DNA of 64,000 nt, from contig NW_026262581.1 in NCBI RefSeq assembly GCF_021869535.1, positions 97,092,001 to 97,156,000 of the forward strand. The letters run 5' to 3'. This document shows, one piece after another, positions 25,001 to 40,000 of this stretch. The stretch's first letter is position 1, and each line of letters begins with the position of its first letter. The notes beneath the pieces are model-generated. The model saw only the letters and a list, made by a program, of their open reading frames with translations. It did no database searches and had not been told where the DNA came from. The stretch is from Mytilus californianus (Eukaryota). The translations under genes and the position numbers were made by a program.

Positions 25001-28000
25001 GTATAAATTACCAATAAAACCCTATTTATAATATGCAAATGACATGAGTATAACAACAAACAATTATATATCAAAGCAATATACAGACAGAGTATAAAAA
25101 ACCCGCTGGAATTGTAAAGCAGGATGACAAACACGTGCATTAACATATTTATTCGATTATATAAAGTCAAATTTCAATGCATTGTAATGACTTTGAATTT
25201 TATTTCTTTCATAGCGACTACAATAAAGAAACCTTCTAGGAAAGATAACTGAGGAATACCAGAGTTAAATGGTGAATCAGTTGCTTTACACACATTACTT
25301 GAAACGTCTTATGAAGGTATAGTAAATAGATTCGACGCTTTTTTAGTTCGTTCTCAACCAATTTAGAAAACGGGAACAAATAGAGTACTCTCGCAGTCCA
25401 CGTTCGCGTCCGAGTCTGTATGCATATGTGCGTGGTAGTTAGTTCTAAATAAAAGATAAAAAAGACATACATCCTTTTTTTGGACGTCGGCATCCTGGAG
25501 ATACTCGCCATGCGGTATAAAAAGAAAGTTTCCTCTATTTACGATAAAGCTTTTAAACTTCATAACTGGTATTAAGTCCGACATCAGATCTCAGATACTA
25601 GTACTAAGCCAACAATTTTTGTATATCTTGTTTGAAGTAGGCATTTCATCTTAACTGTCACTTATTTGAAAGTTTATTTCAACTTTCAATTCCAAAGTTT
25701 GGTCCTTTACACTCTGAAATTTAATTTCAATATCCAAGTACATCTGTTTCAATGTCATCTAAAAGGCTTATCAAGTCGATCTGAGGTTGAGGTAAACTTT
25801 GTTTTCACATAATAACAATGTTTATTAGGCGTTTTGAAGTGGCAAATCTGATTCTATGAATAAAATATAAATAGTTTTGTAGATTTATGATTCTTAACAA
25901 ATAATACCAATTTCTAAACAGACGACACATGCTTCTGTAGAAAATTGCCTACCATCATCCGGAACGCTGGAGACCAAAGTTTGAACAGCATCAAAATGAA
26001 GGGAATATTCGCCTGAGGCAGTGGCAATTTTCGTTTCAGTACAATTCTATGATTAATGAACTTAAAATTTACATGCACCATACACTATTGTTAAAGTTCC
26101 ATCAATTGAGGGAATTTATAGTTTTGGTTTTTTAATCTTATGTAAAACACACTTTTCAATGGACAGTACATAATTAAGTTATTTGTATATCGATCTATGT
26201 GAACATTTTAATTATAGCCAAGTCTAATTTACTTTGTTATTCGTATTTCAGAAAAGGAAACCTTTTTGGCTGTTTCTAATCCTGAATTATATGGACTAAT
26301 TTTCTACGCCTTGCTCCAAAAGCAATATTTTTCAGGGGCAAAACAACTAGTAGAAACTGGATATGTAAGTCTCATTATTATAAAAAATATACAAGTAGTA
26401 TAACTGTCAATCGGTTTGTAAGATGATTAATGTTTAAACCACACATATCTTCCTTTTAACATACTAAATGTTAAAACTTTCCTTTTTAAATTTCCAAAGA
26501 ATAATGTTCTAGTTAAATAGTTAATTGGATTTGTTCCTGATTGATATTCATTGAGTAGAAGCATTATTTAAATATTTTGTATTATTTATATTTTTATATG
26601 AACGTTAGATTCACATTCAGCCTATCCTGATTGGAAGCACTATTCTACAGGATGCTGAGAGCAATTGGAAGTCAACACCTGTGCAAAAAGAAACATTGCA
26701 AAGATTGAACAAGTAAGAAAACATGTGTAAACAGTGACACGAGACACAATATGTTTTCTCCTGTTGCAGCAGTAAACTGTAGTTTCATATCTACGATTCG
26801 AGTTGCGATTTTCTTGATGTGTTTAATAAATTTCAAACAAACACAATCGATTTCAAAATAGAAAATTATTCACAAAGGGTGTTTCTTGTTCGTCAAATAC
26901 GTATTATTGATCTTAAACACAAAATTAGGGGTAACAGTAGTCCACCGATGTTGAAATTTCGTAAATCTATTTGAAATGTTCAAACAAAGATTAAAAAAAA
27001 ACAACACATAAAATCGCACGAATTCCAAATGGAGTGATACTGGTGGTTCGACACTTTTATTTAACGCTACGTATTGCCATTGACGTCAATGTTGGTACAA
27101 TATTGTTTTAATGAAGTTTTGCATCGAAGTACGTCTAAACTAAAAATAATTGGTGTGTATCACTTATTATGGGTCAGTCTATGGAAAGTGCGAATCGACA
27201 AATCCGTTTCTTATGTGGAGTAGCGATATTTTCTTTTGTAAATGAGATGCATTGTGGGGAATCTCGGAGGACTTTTGACATTTGTAGGAATAAGTGAATA
27301 TTTATCTGAAAGTACTTGTTTATTCTGCTGAAAACATGGACGTATTTAACAGGACAAACGTATATACAACTTGCCATGTATTTTGAACATTCTATCCCAA
27401 GTGTGCTGTATTTATACAAGTCAATATGCATAATCATTAAATTAAACCTAATTGCACGATCTATAATCTTGAGGGGTCCAAATACTTTGACAATGATGTA
27501 CCAAAGACAGTGGAATGGTCATTGAACTTGTTCGATAGCTTTCTACGCCATAATCACTTGTATAAGGATAATAAGGCTATTTTGTCTTATATGATTGCGA
27601 CGTTTTTGTAATAGAAAAGCGGTATGCTTTTATTATGAAAAACTTTTCAAATGCGACATTTTTCAAATAGAAATGCGATACTTTTTTTCATATGAAAAAA
27701 ATACGATAAAATGGCACAAAACATCCAAACAAAGTAGAAACATCGACAATTATTCATTACAGGTTCGATGGTACATGCAAAATATTTCACAGTTGACAAC
27801 GGATATGTTCTAATTGTCGTAACTACAATCCCGTCCCCTTTTCCCGAATGTGACCTACCGAATTAGACTTATCACCGGGTTTGTACTAACATGAGCAACA
27901 CGACGGGTGTCACATGTGGAGCAGGATCTGCTTACCCTTCCAAAGCACCTGAGATCACCCCCAGTTATGGTAGGGTTCGTGGTTCTCAGTTTTTAGTTTT

Positions 28001-31000
28001 ATATGTTGTGTTTGTGTACTGTTGTTTGTCTATTTTTCTGTTGGTCTTTTTCTTTCTAAACCATGGCGTTGTCAGTTTATTTTCGACTTACGAATTTGAA
28101 CGTCCCTTTTGTATCTTTTGCCTCTCTTTTAATAGTTAAATGCAGTTGTTGAAATTAAGATAAATACTTTATCATGCATTTATTATGCAAACCATTCAAA
28201 GTAAAATGAAACATGACTGAAGTTGCAGGGCCAAATAATCTCTGGAAATGAGATATGATAATGCTGTTACAATTGCATTTATCAAATATCATTGACCTAT
28301 TGTTAATGATTCTCCTTAAACTGACCTAATCAATAACTTTAAGTCAATGAACCATCGTTCAGGAGGCGAGGCCGTTTGATCTCCATAACAATATGCCAAT
28401 GCTTATACAAATGCATACCAAATACCTATTGATTTATCGTTAGTAGTCCCCGTTTTAAAAAACTCATCTTATCACAAATCTAAAAAAAATGTTGACGCCG
28501 CCGACGCCACCGGAAACAGCACTATTCTTCGTAGAGCCGAGACAAGAAATATCTATTCTAACATTTTTTCGCCCTCTTATATCTGGAAAATCTATATTTG
28601 ATGTAATGTTATTGCAATGTTATCGAATTATGTATGACGATTTAAAAGGCTGCATTCGATAGGTTAAAATGTGGATAGTAAAAGTTGTTAACTAGTAATC
28701 GTTTTTCTTTTCCATTACTTTAAGTAAGTTTTATTTTCCAGCGATCTTCTATTTGACATGCCTGAAAACTCGTGTTTAGAATATTTTGTTTTATCTAACC
28801 ACATTAAATGTACCCATGTCTTGAATATAAACACTGTCGTAAATTAATCTTAGGTGTTCGTTGTTATTTTGTGGTTTACATGTTGAAATGTACTATTATA
28901 TTATTTATTTATGTATTTCTTTGTCCTGAGTGTTCTTGCATTTATTTGTACTGTATTCCTGTCACGTAATGTTGTCATTTTAACGGTATTTATAACATTT
29001 CCATATAAGCGGGAGGTTTGGCTAGCCATAAAACCAGGTTCAACCCACCATTTTGTCTTAAAATGTCCTGTACCAAGTCAGGAATATAGCAGTTGTTATC
29101 AAATAGTCCGTTGCTATGTATGTTGGCGTTTGTTTTTGTAGTAGTTCAGTGTTTCTGTTGTTTCGTTGTTTTCCTCTTATAGTTGATGTGTTTCCCTCAG
29201 TTTTGGTTTGTGACCCGGATTTGTTTCAGTTAAATCGATTTATGACTATTGAACATCGGTATACTACTATTGCCTTTATTTAGACTTTAACACTAATTTC
29301 TAAGTTAAACATGATCCTAACCACAATTCTAAATACTTTCTACAATCAAAACATGTCACGAAATTAAACATGTTAAAAAAAGTTCGCAAACAATGTACAA
29401 TGTATTTATAATTGTGTTTAGAATTTAAACACCATTTATACAGTTTAATTGTAGTAAGGATATCGGAAATGCATTTTTTTACGTGTTCATATAGAAATTT
29501 GATAGATGTTATGTCAATACCACCAATTTGAACGAAAATTCGGGTCGGTTTATTCAATATGAATTGATTTTATTGTTCACATATAAAAAGGTATAACAAA
29601 AAACAGAAACCCAGGGCAAATTCAAAAAGGGGAAATCCATAAAAACTGACAAAATCAAACGCTATCAATCAACGGAACAAATATAAAACTTCTGCCATGT
29701 TATATTTATCTAATACAAATATTTTTGAAGAACAATAAAGAATTTCGAAAGATGTCTCAAAAATTCATTTTGACAGTGATCAGTGGGGTTAAATTACTAC
29801 CTCATATAACATGAAACGTATAGTTACAATTAAAACATACCGAAACTACATTAAAAAAATGTCGCATCTACAATTAAATAAAAAGCATTCAATTATTTAT
29901 TTACAAAAGAAAAACGTAGCACTACATTTTTACAAGGACATATACTTTTGCTATTACTTTGATATCGATCATATTTTAAGGCTTAATTTTTGTTCAAATT
30001 TAAATGATAGGTTAACAGTTTATATGTCCATCAAGAAATATTACATTTGTGCTTGTTTAACTGGTAAATTTAAAGGCTGAAATTCATCGATTTCACACTT
30101 TATTGATTAATGGTAAAACATAAAACTATTCTGTTTGTCGCGTGAATTAATTTCGGTCTGCATGTATTTATATATTTTAATACTAAAATTTTTTTTATCG
30201 CAAAAATCATCTTTTCCCTCATGGATTGTCTATATATAAAAATTTCATATTAGAAAATATCGCGACTCCACATAAGAAACGGTTTCCTCGATTCGCACTT
30301 TCCATAGACTGTGAGTAATGAGATAACTATATTTGTAATCTGGGATCCCCGAAGGTCGGTGGTTCTCTCCACGCACTCCGGCTTCCTTCACCAATAAAAA
30401 CTTGCCACCACGAGATAGGCAATAGTACTGAAACCCCAACAATCAATCAATCAATATATGGGATTCTTGACTGGTCTACATGTCTGTCATACAAGGTTCA
30501 CCTGACCTTGACCACATTTCATAGATAAGTAATCATGGGTAAGTTTTTAGTGATAGTAAACATAATGTTATTTCCATATATAGAAGCAATATTTAGAAGA
30601 AATAAAATTGATTGATGTTAGAATCATTATATGTCATGAAAACCAACTTATTAAATTTACCATGTATATACTATATAGATTGCATATAATGGACATGCAA
30701 GTCACTCACAGACATAAAATTATTAAATTGCTGCACCAATAACTTATATCATGGAGATTTAAGTATCATATAATTCCAGTGCCTTTACTCAACGTGCTAT
30801 CAAGATCACGCAATGCATATACGATGCTGAAAGTGAACTGGAAGAATTAAAAACCAATGGAACAAATAATAAACACAATGAAGATGTAGAATTAGAACTT
30901 GGGTATCCTGTTAATCACTCAGGTAGACTGTTACTAAATCATGGGTACTTAGAGGACGCTATCAAAACGGAAAACAAAACGTATCTCGATAATGAAACTG

Positions 31001-34000
31001 TCATCAAAGTTCTGAATAAAATGTGGTATGGGGAAGAACAACTTTCCTTCCGTCAGGTAAGTTTAATATTCAAATTTTGTGATAAGAATTTTTAACTATG
31101 ATTTCAATTTTTATTTAATTTTCTGTTTTTGTAAGAAATAATTAGAGTCTAAATTGGAATAATAGTACACTCAATAATCATTAGATAGAAAACAATCATA
31201 GTTTTTATTAAAAAAAGTAAATAGAGTTGTCTCATTGGCACTCATACCACATCTTCTTATATCTATGAATTGACAGGTACATAACTATATATTTGTCGTT
31301 GTGGCTGTCACTGAAATATGATTGGAAGATAAAACTGTACTAATAGTTATACAAGTATGATTCAAACTCGAACATAATGAACTTTTACATTACTTGTAGA
31401 TTGGTTGTTTCATTGTATTGGCCTTCATGCACCTATTTATATTACCTGTATTGATGGTATCCATGGAAACCCGACCACTTCAATGGTAAGATATTTAAAA
31501 AACGGATTAAACGGATAATATTTCTCATGGTAAACTTCATACCAAATTTTAAGGAAAACGGGTCGATTTTTTATCATATTATTGTATAATATTTTGTATT
31601 ACATCTCATTGTATTCATTTCCATGAATAAAAACTAAATGAAATCTAGAGGTCAAATTACTGTCAAACAACAGTCAGATGTATAAACAATGCCAATCTCT
31701 CGATCACCTTCAAATGTCACCAAAGACCAGTCATTAATATCGAATTCCCTTCAGCACAAAACTTTTGTCATCTTTTATGAATGAGACGTTCGGAACAACT
31801 TTCCTAACGTCATGTAAGTTTAATTTTCAAATTTTGTGATAAGAATTTTTAACTAAGGTTGTTTCTTATGCTTAACATGACATCTACTAATTCGCTTTAG
31901 TGATCAGTCGTATCACTTACTACTTCTATCTTATTTGAACATAAGTATTGCCACGGATATCAGAATACATGCATTTATCTTCTAGCCCTTCCGTAGCACC
32001 AGAGTTCATCGCCTGGATTTTAATTGTTTGAGTTGCTCTTTCTAAAGTTTTCTGTGAAGTCCTTTTTTTTGTCTTTATATCTTTTAACTTTCGGATATGG
32101 TGTCTTTGACTTGGGCTGTTTTGTATATCTCCTTTGTATCTTTTTACCTATTGCATCATTGCATTATGTATTTTGTTTACCTGCGTCTGGCGTTTCAAAT
32201 ATAATCCTGATAACATTATACGTTACGGATGACTTAAATGATTTTTTTACTATATTCTTATATTTGAGCATATAGATATTACAAAATGTATGTCACAATC
32301 TTGCCAATTATACCTTACATGTTTTTTTTTATTGTTCCCTAGTTATTTTCTTCCCTTTTATAGAAGAGTGTACAAAAGAATTATATTTTCAGACTAACTT
32401 AAAATGCATATAAAAATAAGCTCCTTCCTCGTATATTTATCATGTTTATAGTTTAGTACTTTTTATTTGCGATTTGACTTGAAATGAGTAACACGACGAA
32501 TACTTATAGGGCAGCAGGAACTGTTCACCTTTCCGGAGCGCCTGAGTTCACATTGTTTTATTTAAATAATGGTTTTTGATTGTTCTTTGGTATCTTCTCT
32601 CTCTATTTGTTTGCCTGTAAAATTAAATGATGTAATTTAAACATGAAACAATTGTTTTTATATATTTCTATTCTTATATAATAGCAGTAAATTAAGGCCT
32701 CGGTAGCTTACCGATGTTTAAATCTCGCAAATTGATTAGGAAGAGACAAATCAAGGTAACAAACAGGTACCAAGGGAATCACATGACCTTCCAAAAGAGC
32801 TAGAAAAAAAGTATTAACAAAAATACCGAACTCCAAGGTAAACTAAAAAAGGAGAAGTCGATACGATCTGACTAAATAAAACTAAGATCGGATCGAGTGG
32901 AAACTACTGTCATACTCCTAACTTGGTACAGACATTTTCCGAATAAAATGTTGTGCTAAACCTCCCATTTGTATGACAGTTGTTAATGGTTCCGCTATAT
33001 CGAATACGTGAGCGTCGACAGGATCATCGTATCCTGCTATACATGCAACACCCATCATGCAAATTGAATAAAATAAAAATGTCACATTCTGGAATAGGAC
33101 ACTATTTTTTAAATTACCGATCAGAGACGATATTACTGATATCGATGGATCTAAGACCGCGAAAACATGTCGCTAGCGAATTAAGACACCGACACATGCC
33201 AAACACGAATTTTAACAGATTTTATATGAAAGAAAGATTTAAGTCTTCAAACAGTAACTTGTTGTGTATAGTTTACAGTTAACTGATTCTATTGTCAACA
33301 TGGAACAACAAGAACCAATGTAATATTTCTCCTGACGGTTTACCCCTGTTTTCATTTGTGATCAAAATATCTAAGCGTTATTTACATTTTATTTACAATA
33401 AATGTTGTGGAGAAATAACATTAAACTCATTTCCTTCAATTGCAGGTTTTATAAGAAATATAATCTACCACTAATGAAGGTCTTTTTACAACTGGTATGG
33501 AACATATTATTTTAATTATCGACATACACATTTGTATTGTAAAAAAGGTGTATACATATGTTTTGTCCAATGGACATGATGTAAAATGAAATAATTTAAA
33601 AAAATACGATAATGATTCTCTCAGCAAATGTTTTCATATGTCACCACTTGATCATAATTTATAGCAAATAAAAAAAGAAAAATAACAATGTCAAGATGGA
33701 CAACATGAAACTCACCGCACTGTGCCTTTCATGTATTGGATATTTCGTTGCATTCATATGGCTATCTCTTGTGTACTACAGATACAATTTTTTTTCGAAT
33801 CCCTACTTCGTACAATTCATTTCATTTTTAAACACTTATAAAATAATACAAGAAGTCCTTACTTTTTCAGATAAGTTACTTAGCACTGTTAATGGCTTTT
33901 TCATACATGTTGGTGTTCAATCTGAGCGAGACTATATCATATACAGATTATTTTATCATTGGCTGGATGATTAGCTTTTTCCTTGATGAAACAAAACAGG

Positions 34001-37000
34001 TAAAGGCATTTTAACAGATATAGAAAAATTTGTTTCAATATGCACGTCCTTTATATCTTTTCTTGAACTTGAGCTATATGATTTTTGAAACCCTTTTCTC
34101 GAAACGTAAATTTGGTGTATTGTATTGTTGCATAAACAAATTGATTTGTATAGTTGTAACTGTATTTGAATTACATTTGTGTCAAGTTTTTCTCTTTATT
34201 TATATTTAAGAATTGTTTTCCCTTTTCGATGTATTGAGACATATGAAAGATATATTCCTTGTGATATTAGGTCATATACACATTACGAATGTATTTGTTG
34301 CTTTTACGTTTTAAATCATTCCAATTTACCTGGAATAGTGGTTCATACAGGACTAACGGAAAAGACGTTAAACAAAAACAATACACATTAAAAAATATAT
34401 AAATCAAATAAAATTGAGAATGTAATGGAGAATTTGTCAAAGAGACAACAACCCGGCCAAAGAACAGAAAACAGCCCAAGGCCACCAATGGGTCTTCAAC
34501 ACAGCGAGATAATCCCGCACCCGAAGGCGGGCTTCAGCTGGTCCCTTAACAAATGCCAAGGAGCCATAGAAAAAAATACAGTAAAAGGGTAAACAACTTA
34601 TTGGTCTAGGAAAACATGGCAAGCAATTGTCCGAAAAACACTATGGTAGAAACAAAAGCTTTATCTACATTAAACAGTCCGAAATGAACTCAAGAAGGGG
34701 TAGCATATCCTGATCTACTAGTCACAACTGTCGTTGTATAAATGACTCGCTGATTAGTCTTCGAATTTCCGATTTGACAATTATATATATATCCAAAATG
34801 AATGCCGAATTTTATTTGTTAAGTCATGACTTGGGTGTTAAAAATATCGTTTAATCTGGCGGTTTATTGATTTTTCAGGCACTTGTTTCAGTCATTAGAA
34901 AACGATTTAAGAAATATAGAAGCGATTGTTGGAATAAACTGGATTGGATTTTAATTCTTGGATTCACAACAGCAGTTTTATTAAAATTTGGTGCAGATAA
35001 ATACTGTCTAGCCGCTTCTCAGATATTGCTAGTTCTGATTTTTATCTTTCTATGCATTCGCGTACTAAATATGTTTAGTTGGTCAGAATTTGTGGGACCT
35101 AAGCTTGTCATGATTAGGAAAATGGTAGGTGTGAAATATTGCGAACAGTTAAACAGTTGGAATTAATGAGAGAGAAATACTTTATACTTTGCAAAAATAA
35201 AGTCTATAATGTGCTCTATGTCATATACAAAAACATACAGGATTAGCCCTGTTTAAAACCAGATTGCCCAAATTTCGCTTACATTTTGAAACAAAAAAAG
35301 ATTAGTGAAATAAGTGTAGAGTAATTTCATTTCCTCAATTATTTTTCTGTCAATAAATGTTTTAACTTTTTGAAAAGCATATTTTCAGTTTTCTGTCTTT
35401 TTCTGATAGATATTAAATGTTTCAAAAATGTGTAATTATTATTATCTTGCTATATAACGCAAAATGGACCCCATATAGTCTGAAACGCCCCACCAGTCAC
35501 AAAATAACCTGCAAAAAACGTCGTTTTTTGGGGTCTATCGAATACTTCACGAAACTGCTTCCATACATTTAAAATCTATTGTATCAGCAATGAAAACCGC
35601 GATCTAAAGTTGCTATGATCGACTTGCTCTAAATGAGGTGTGGATTAGATTTGAATATTAATCATTTGAAAAAATCTGTTAGATGAATGTCCAAACTAAA
35701 TCCTACTCCACATGCAATAGTGTAAAACATTTAACTTTTATACCTTTTACACATGTTTTCCACATTCTCTACTTATATATTGGAAAGACATATTCCAGCT
35801 GATAGGTGTTTCATTTAAAAGAATGGACAACTTATATCGTTTATACAAATATCTTGTGAAATTATTTTAAGGGTATAGTTTGATGTTTACATGTATCAGT
35901 ATAGTCAATATAGGTACCCACAGTTTTATGCTGTTTTTAAAGTGAAAACTCCTATGATTGGAAGATGAACTCAAGTACATAAGAAATAAAAAAGGACATG
36001 GGATGAAGTTAAAGATATTAAATTGTAAGCTTCGTGTATCTATTTTGATTCGAAGATAAATGAGTTGATAAAAATGAAGAAAAAATGCCTTCTTAAAATT
36101 GTTTACGTTATTTCGTATTTGTATAGGTAAAATATATATCAAAAGGGAAGGAGTATAATATATTTTTACTATATCTCATGTTTGATCAAATTATTTCATT
36201 TTAGTTCAAAGACACGTTCGGTTTCATGGTAATTATGACAGTGATCATGATTAGTTACAATGTATCATTTCACTCGCTGCTGTACCCAAATAGTGACTTC
36301 AGTTGGTCAGAAATAGAAAAAGTGATGCAAAATGGTTACTGGACACTGTTTGGAGAAAACAATGTCGACAGTGATGCATGTAAGTACAACCCCGTTAGAA
36401 TTGACAGTGGAAAAGGGGAATTTGTCAAAGAGACAACAACCCGATCAAAGAGCAGAAAAAACAGCCCAAGGCCACTAATGGGTATTCAAAGCAGCGAAAA
36501 AAAAACCGCAACCGGAAGCGGGCCTAAGCTTGACCCTAAACAAAATGTATCCTAACTCAGCGAAATAGACACCACACTAAACTTCGAAACATATAAATGA
36601 ACCAAAATTAAAAAAAGAACACACAAGACTAACAAAGGCTAGATGTTCCTGATTTTGGACAGGCGCATAAACGCGAGGGGATTAAACATGTTCTGTGAGA
36701 TTTCAACCCTCCCCTAAGCGTATTTACTTGAATTAATTATAAGCGAAATTTGAAAACTTAACGCGAAATGAATATTGGAAATGTTCAATTTTAACCAATT
36801 TTTAAAGCAGTACCTTCGAAACAATTTCATGTAGTAGTCTGCACAAAAAGAATAAGGACCAAGGATTTTCTTTTGGAAAACTATTTGATAATGAAATGAA
36901 TATAAAATTTTACCAAAGGTACTAGGCTTTTAATTGAGTGTGCCATCGCGTTTCGTCTACATAGAGTTCGAACCAAATCACTCGGAAAGCCAAATCAATT

Positions 37001-40000
37001 ACGAGTTGAAGACCATCGACAGAATTCCGATAAATTGTGCAAATCTGATAGGTCATTCATTACTTTGGTTAAAAAGGCTAAGTGTTTCAAATAATTGAAT
37101 GATTTAATGAACAGTAGATTCATAGAAAGTCGCCGAAAAATTATATAAGGTCTGACTCAATGATCTCCATTACGAGAGTACTTTTATAAGAATTTGCAGG
37201 CTTGAAAATATAAGGTTATCAATAACTAGTTCTAATTTCTTAACCCTGTATAATTTCAGTAACTGAACCTGACTGTACTTTCAACAAAACGATATATTCA
37301 AGTGGAGAGTTGAGTAGATGTCCTGCAACAATTGGCTTGCATATAGCACCGTATCTAAAAGCAATATATAGTTTGATTGCTGTTACTTTGTTGTTGAACT
37401 TGTTGATAGCTATTTACAGGTATACAATTTAGAAATTGAGGTGAACGGCATATATTTTCAAAGCACAGTTCGAGGTAAATACACCTAGAATATTATTGAA
37501 GCCAAAAATGTATATCGTTTCAGAGATAAATATTCAAAGAACAATACACAATCTTCAAAATAAACATATAAATGACATAAATTACCTTTGAATATGTAAC
37601 CTAGAGAAAACCCGAAAAAATCATTTTAAACCCAATTGATTTACTGGCTTTGCAATTCATGCGGTTTTTGTCTCGCCTTGACAGAGTCAAAAAGCGAGAC
37701 ATAGGAATGCTGTTTCCGGCGTCGTCGTCGTCGTCGTCGGCGGCGGCGGCGTCAACAGTGTATTAGTTTGTGATTAGGTCTAGTTCATGGTGAACCACTA
37801 GTGGTAGGTCAATGATATTTGGTATGCAGTTGTATTAGCATTGGCACATCTCATTACCATGGAGATTATTTGGCTCTGCCCCCTCAGTCAAGGTCTATTG
37901 ACTTTGAAACTTTTCATAGTTAACATGTATTAGTTTGTGATTAGGTCAATTTATGGGGAACCACTAGTGGTAGGTCAATGATATTTGGTATGCAGTTGTA
38001 TAAGCATGGACAAATCTCATTTCCATGGAGATTATTTGGCTCCGCCTCCTTAGTCATGGTCTATAGACTTTGAACATTTTGCTAAGTTTAAATGCATTAG
38101 TTTGTGATTAGGTCAGTTCAAGGGGAACCATTAGTGGTAGGCCAATGTTAATTGGTGTTCAGTTGTATAAGCATTAGCACATCTCATTTCCATGGAGAAT
38201 ATTTGGCCCCGCCTCCTCAGTCATGGTCTATTTACTTTGAAACTTTTGCTTAGTTTACATGTATTAGTTTGTGATTAGATCAGTTTAAGATGAACTGCTA
38301 ATGTTAAGTCATTGATATTTGGTATGCAAATTTATTGGCATTTGCAAGTATCGTGTCCATGGAGATTATATAGCCCCACCCCTGATCATGGTTCATTGAC
38401 TTTGAAACTTTTACATAGTTTACAAGTTAATGTTTTTGTTTAGGTTTGTTTAAAGGGAACGACTTATAATAAGTCAATGGTATTTGGTATGCAGTTGTAT
38501 TAGCATTGGCACATCTCATTCCATGGAGATTGTTTATAGCCATGTACCTTCAGTCATGGTTCATCGACTTTGAATATTTGCATTACTTACATGTTAAAGT
38601 ATTGCAGTTTTAATTTCAACATTTGCATTATCAAAATTACAAAAAGGCGAGACATATCTCTGTGATAACAGTTTATTTTAATTACAAATGGGAAAAGGAA
38701 ACAATCACTGGCAGTAAATAAACAGATCAAACTATTCTGTCGTCTTAAAAAAGAGCACAAAAGTGCTGAACACCAACCAATCAACCAATCAATGCTGTCT
38801 TCAGATTTTAGAGTCAAATACGTCTCTTGTGAACCGAGACACTAACCCATCGTACCGGTCAACTTAATTGTGAGGGTGACCTTAACATTTGCGTAGTGTC
38901 AATTTCCTTTGATTTCCCTCGTAACCCTGGTGGAGAAGTATTTGTGTTAATAGCACATCTTTGCTTACAAAGTCCGTTTAATGTCAACATTAGAAACGTA
39001 TGGTTTGCTGTGTGCAAAAAAAAACGTGATTTCTGAAAAAATAAACTTTGGTGATTTGATTTCTAAATAAAAAATGTATTGTTATATACTGTAAATAAGA
39101 AGAAGATATTGTAAGTTTGGTTAATTTGCGTCTTATCATTTTTGCTTTGTTTTAACAAATAAAACAACAAGACCCATTGGTGGCCTTCGGTTGTTGTCTG
39201 CTCTATGGTCGGGTTGTTGTCTCTTTGACACATTCCCCATTTCCATTCTCAATTTTATTCATCTAAATTTGGTTTTTATGTGCACAACAATATCCTTCAT
39301 CATGTTTTTATTAAATACCATCATGTTGTGAAAACCAAACAATACATACATCGTATTAATAACGTTTGATTGATTTATTTATATCCAACTTCATAAAATA
39401 ATGTTAGTCTAAGTCTAATGATCTGAATACTTTTGACATTTTGATGAATTATACGTTACTCTACAATAAAAGTGATGCAATCATCACCAATCTGTTAGTT
39501 GTTTTAAAAATTTTAACTATTCATGTATTGTCATGTTGTATTATTTCGTTAAGTTCAATATTTTTGAAAAAATCTAATTACTTGAATTCTTTGTAGTGAT
39601 ACTTTCCAACAAGTGCAAGTTCAATCTAAGTTTCATTGGTCGTTACTACAAAAAGATTTCCTCGAAGAATATAGCTTGAAGACAATTTTCCCTATACATT
39701 TACAACTCATTGCTTTACCTGTATGCCTGGTACACTGGTTGATTTGGTGTATTTGTAATCGGTCAAAGTGCTGCTCGAATGAAGAAGCAAATAATGTCCA
39801 AAAGGCTAACAAATTGAATACCAGTCCAATGTTTGTTCGAGGTATGTAAATGGGGAATTCGTGACACAGAAATTAATTTGATATGTTATTAATTGAATTA
39901 TACGTTACTGTACAACAACATTAATCACTTAACAAATTTAAATACTGTAAACCAACTTATTGTTAGTCCACTTAACCGTCTTCGCGGTCATTTATTTTCG

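Noticed and set aside
27891-29141. Short track ORFs such as 27891, 28911, 41624, 50043, 50946 and 53864
   Set aside because: They lie entirely in multi-copy non-coding repeat families and frames are not conserved among copies
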